From: Octopus vulgaris
Lineage: Eukaryota
NCBI GenBank assembly: GCA_951406725.2
Contig: OX597814.1
Span: 51,956,001-52,020,000 of the forward strand
Length of the DNA: 64,000 nucleotides
Reading direction: 5' to 3'
Shown: positions 62,211 through 64,000 of the stretch, piece after piece
How the letters are laid out: each line of letters starts with the position of its first letter
Numbering within the stretch: position 1 is the first letter of the stretch
Notes under the pieces: model-generated
Database searches by the model: none
What the model saw: only the letters and a program-made list of their open reading frames with translations
Told to the model about the DNA's origin: nothing
Translations under genes and position numbers: made by a program

Positions 62211-64000
62211 TTCTCCTCTTTCAGCACATGACAATATATACAGAAAACTCAAGGATACACTGGCACATACAAACATGTACAGATTTAAGAAAAACTGTCA
62301 CGCCTTAGTTATAAATTCAAAAATTTCTCTGCTTTTACTGCATTTTCTCTGCTCAGCCCACATAATTACATTTCACCAAAATAACTATTTCAAGCATGAA
62401 CTAATGAGGCAGCCACTACATAGTCACTTGCTCTGCTAAAAATAGTAGCTAAATCTTCTGCAAATCATATTTTACTGTCTTAAAAAGATTCATAAGATAA
62501 ATTAGACTAAGAATTTGCAATAAAAATGAAATGGTCATGGATGGAAGACAGTTTACTTTAGGTCTACAGGATCAGAGCCAAACCAGGGGTAAACAACAGC
62601 ACTTCAAGGTTCATAAAAGATAATGTGCCATATAAAACGTAAAACAGTAAGGCAATTAAAGTAGTTAGCTTTTAGGATTTCATGCAATTGTAGAAATTTG
62701 CAAAAGTAAAAGATCATTAAGCTGATAATAATAAAGCAGAAGTAAGGCAAAAAAACTCATAAAGTGAAACAGCTAAACACAATTAAAAAAAAATGGTTTA
62801 TGACATCAACAAAGGTCAAAATGCAATCTTGCAAAAACAATTAACATGTTTTGCAATGGAAAAAAAGATCAAAAAGCATAGTGATGAACATGATTGTTAG
62901 CCTTGATCACACAAACTTATGACAATGCTTATTATTAAAATATTTTTTCTATATAATGTCTCTAGAACTACATAATCTTTATTATCAAACAACCTTTATA
63001 ATCAAACAAAGAAAATCAGCTTAGTAAAATGGTTAAAGAATTACATCTCAAACACAAAACAATTTATTCTCAGTATGCAACAAAGTGATTATGATTATAA
63101 TTAGGACTGTGTCAATATTTTTACCTCCACTTTAGTATTATAAATAATGACTATTGGATATGCATTTCTATTTTGTAACCATAATTTTTCTGTGAATATT
63201 TTTTCTAATAAGTAGTGAAGGAGGATTAAAATAATTTAAGGAGTTTAATCAAATAAGAGACAAAACAAAATAGCAATACCAGCAGTAATGAGAACAACAT
63301 TTTTGCTATCAAATAACTTCATTGTAGGAATCGTTTTAATTGCTTATCCAGTGGACACATATGGCTTGTTACAATTTTCTTTTGTTTTGATTTTATAATG
63401 GGAAGAAGTTGATAGGTCACCATTTATAATGATGATGTAGTGAAGAAATGGGCTAAGATTTAAATAAGTTGAAAAAGCGACAACTTATTCCACTTGTTAT
63501 AATAATAGAAGATTGCCAAAGGGAATGATGTTAATACAACAGTCTGGAACAAACATCCAAATGACTTCAGTTCTGTTGGGTCTGATAATGTGGCTGTCAG
63601 AGCTGATCTTAGGCCAGTTGGACTGATTGCTCCCAATTGGGCCCTGCACTCAGGGAGGCCACATCCTATACTGTGACATTTTATGAAGGTGGTCTCCCTG
63701 AAGTTTAAAAAAATCTACATAAAATTGCTCTTTAAAAAAAACAAAAAAAACATCTACTTTCTACACTTTAGCAACACAAGATGCCAAAAAATAAACCCAT
63801 TCATCCAAGATTGCTTGGGTCAGCCTTGCTTGTATTTTTGGTGCAAGGGTTAATTGTATGTATGCATGTGTATATGTGAATGTTTAGGAGTGTTTATTGG
63901 CATGTTTGGGTAAAATATTTGTGTGTATGTAGTCGTTTAAGTGTATGGTGAATTGTATGTATATATGTGGTGTGTGAGTTGCTATAAAATATACTTCGTA

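Noticed and set aside
63595-63830. hAT-like MITE (cagagctgatct ... gggtcagccttg); a similar weak case at 50310-50550
   Set aside because: TIR match is short and imperfect, with no TSD and no second copy in the window.

Overview
AT-rich, repeat-dense eukaryotic (animal) DNA, intergenic or intronic. I find no intact host protein-coding gene, rRNA, tRNA gene or CRISPR array. From recall, not from a search, the repeat families resemble those of octopus genomes. The window contains: (i) a 5'-truncated RTE-clade LINE (~27425-30102, minus) with a PHD-like Cys/His insert inside its RT, plus about a dozen shorter copies of its 3' end ((GAT)n tail; variable arrays of a GGTGSCACGTAAAAAGCACC hairpin); (ii) older LINE relics (RNase H-bearing I-group, two R4/Dong-like, BovB-like RTE); (iii) at least four tRNA-derived SINE families, one with interchangeable 3' tails; (iv) a full-length but frameshifted DD34D mariner with 29-bp TIRs and two other mariner relics; (v) piggyBac-like, Tigger-like and hAT-like MITEs and hAT transposase fragments; (vi) a Helentron-type non-autonomous element enclosing a Gypsy integrase fragment; (vii) a probable solo LTR in a (TA)n tract; and (viii) three minimal type-I hammerhead-ribozyme motifs of the Penelope type, all with decay mutations. 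The most interesting signals are the hammerhead motifs, the repeatedly amplified LINE 3'UTR hairpin, SINE tail swapping and the Helentron/Gypsy composite. None is shown here to be a new biological system. Boundaries of decayed repeats are approximate (tens of bp).
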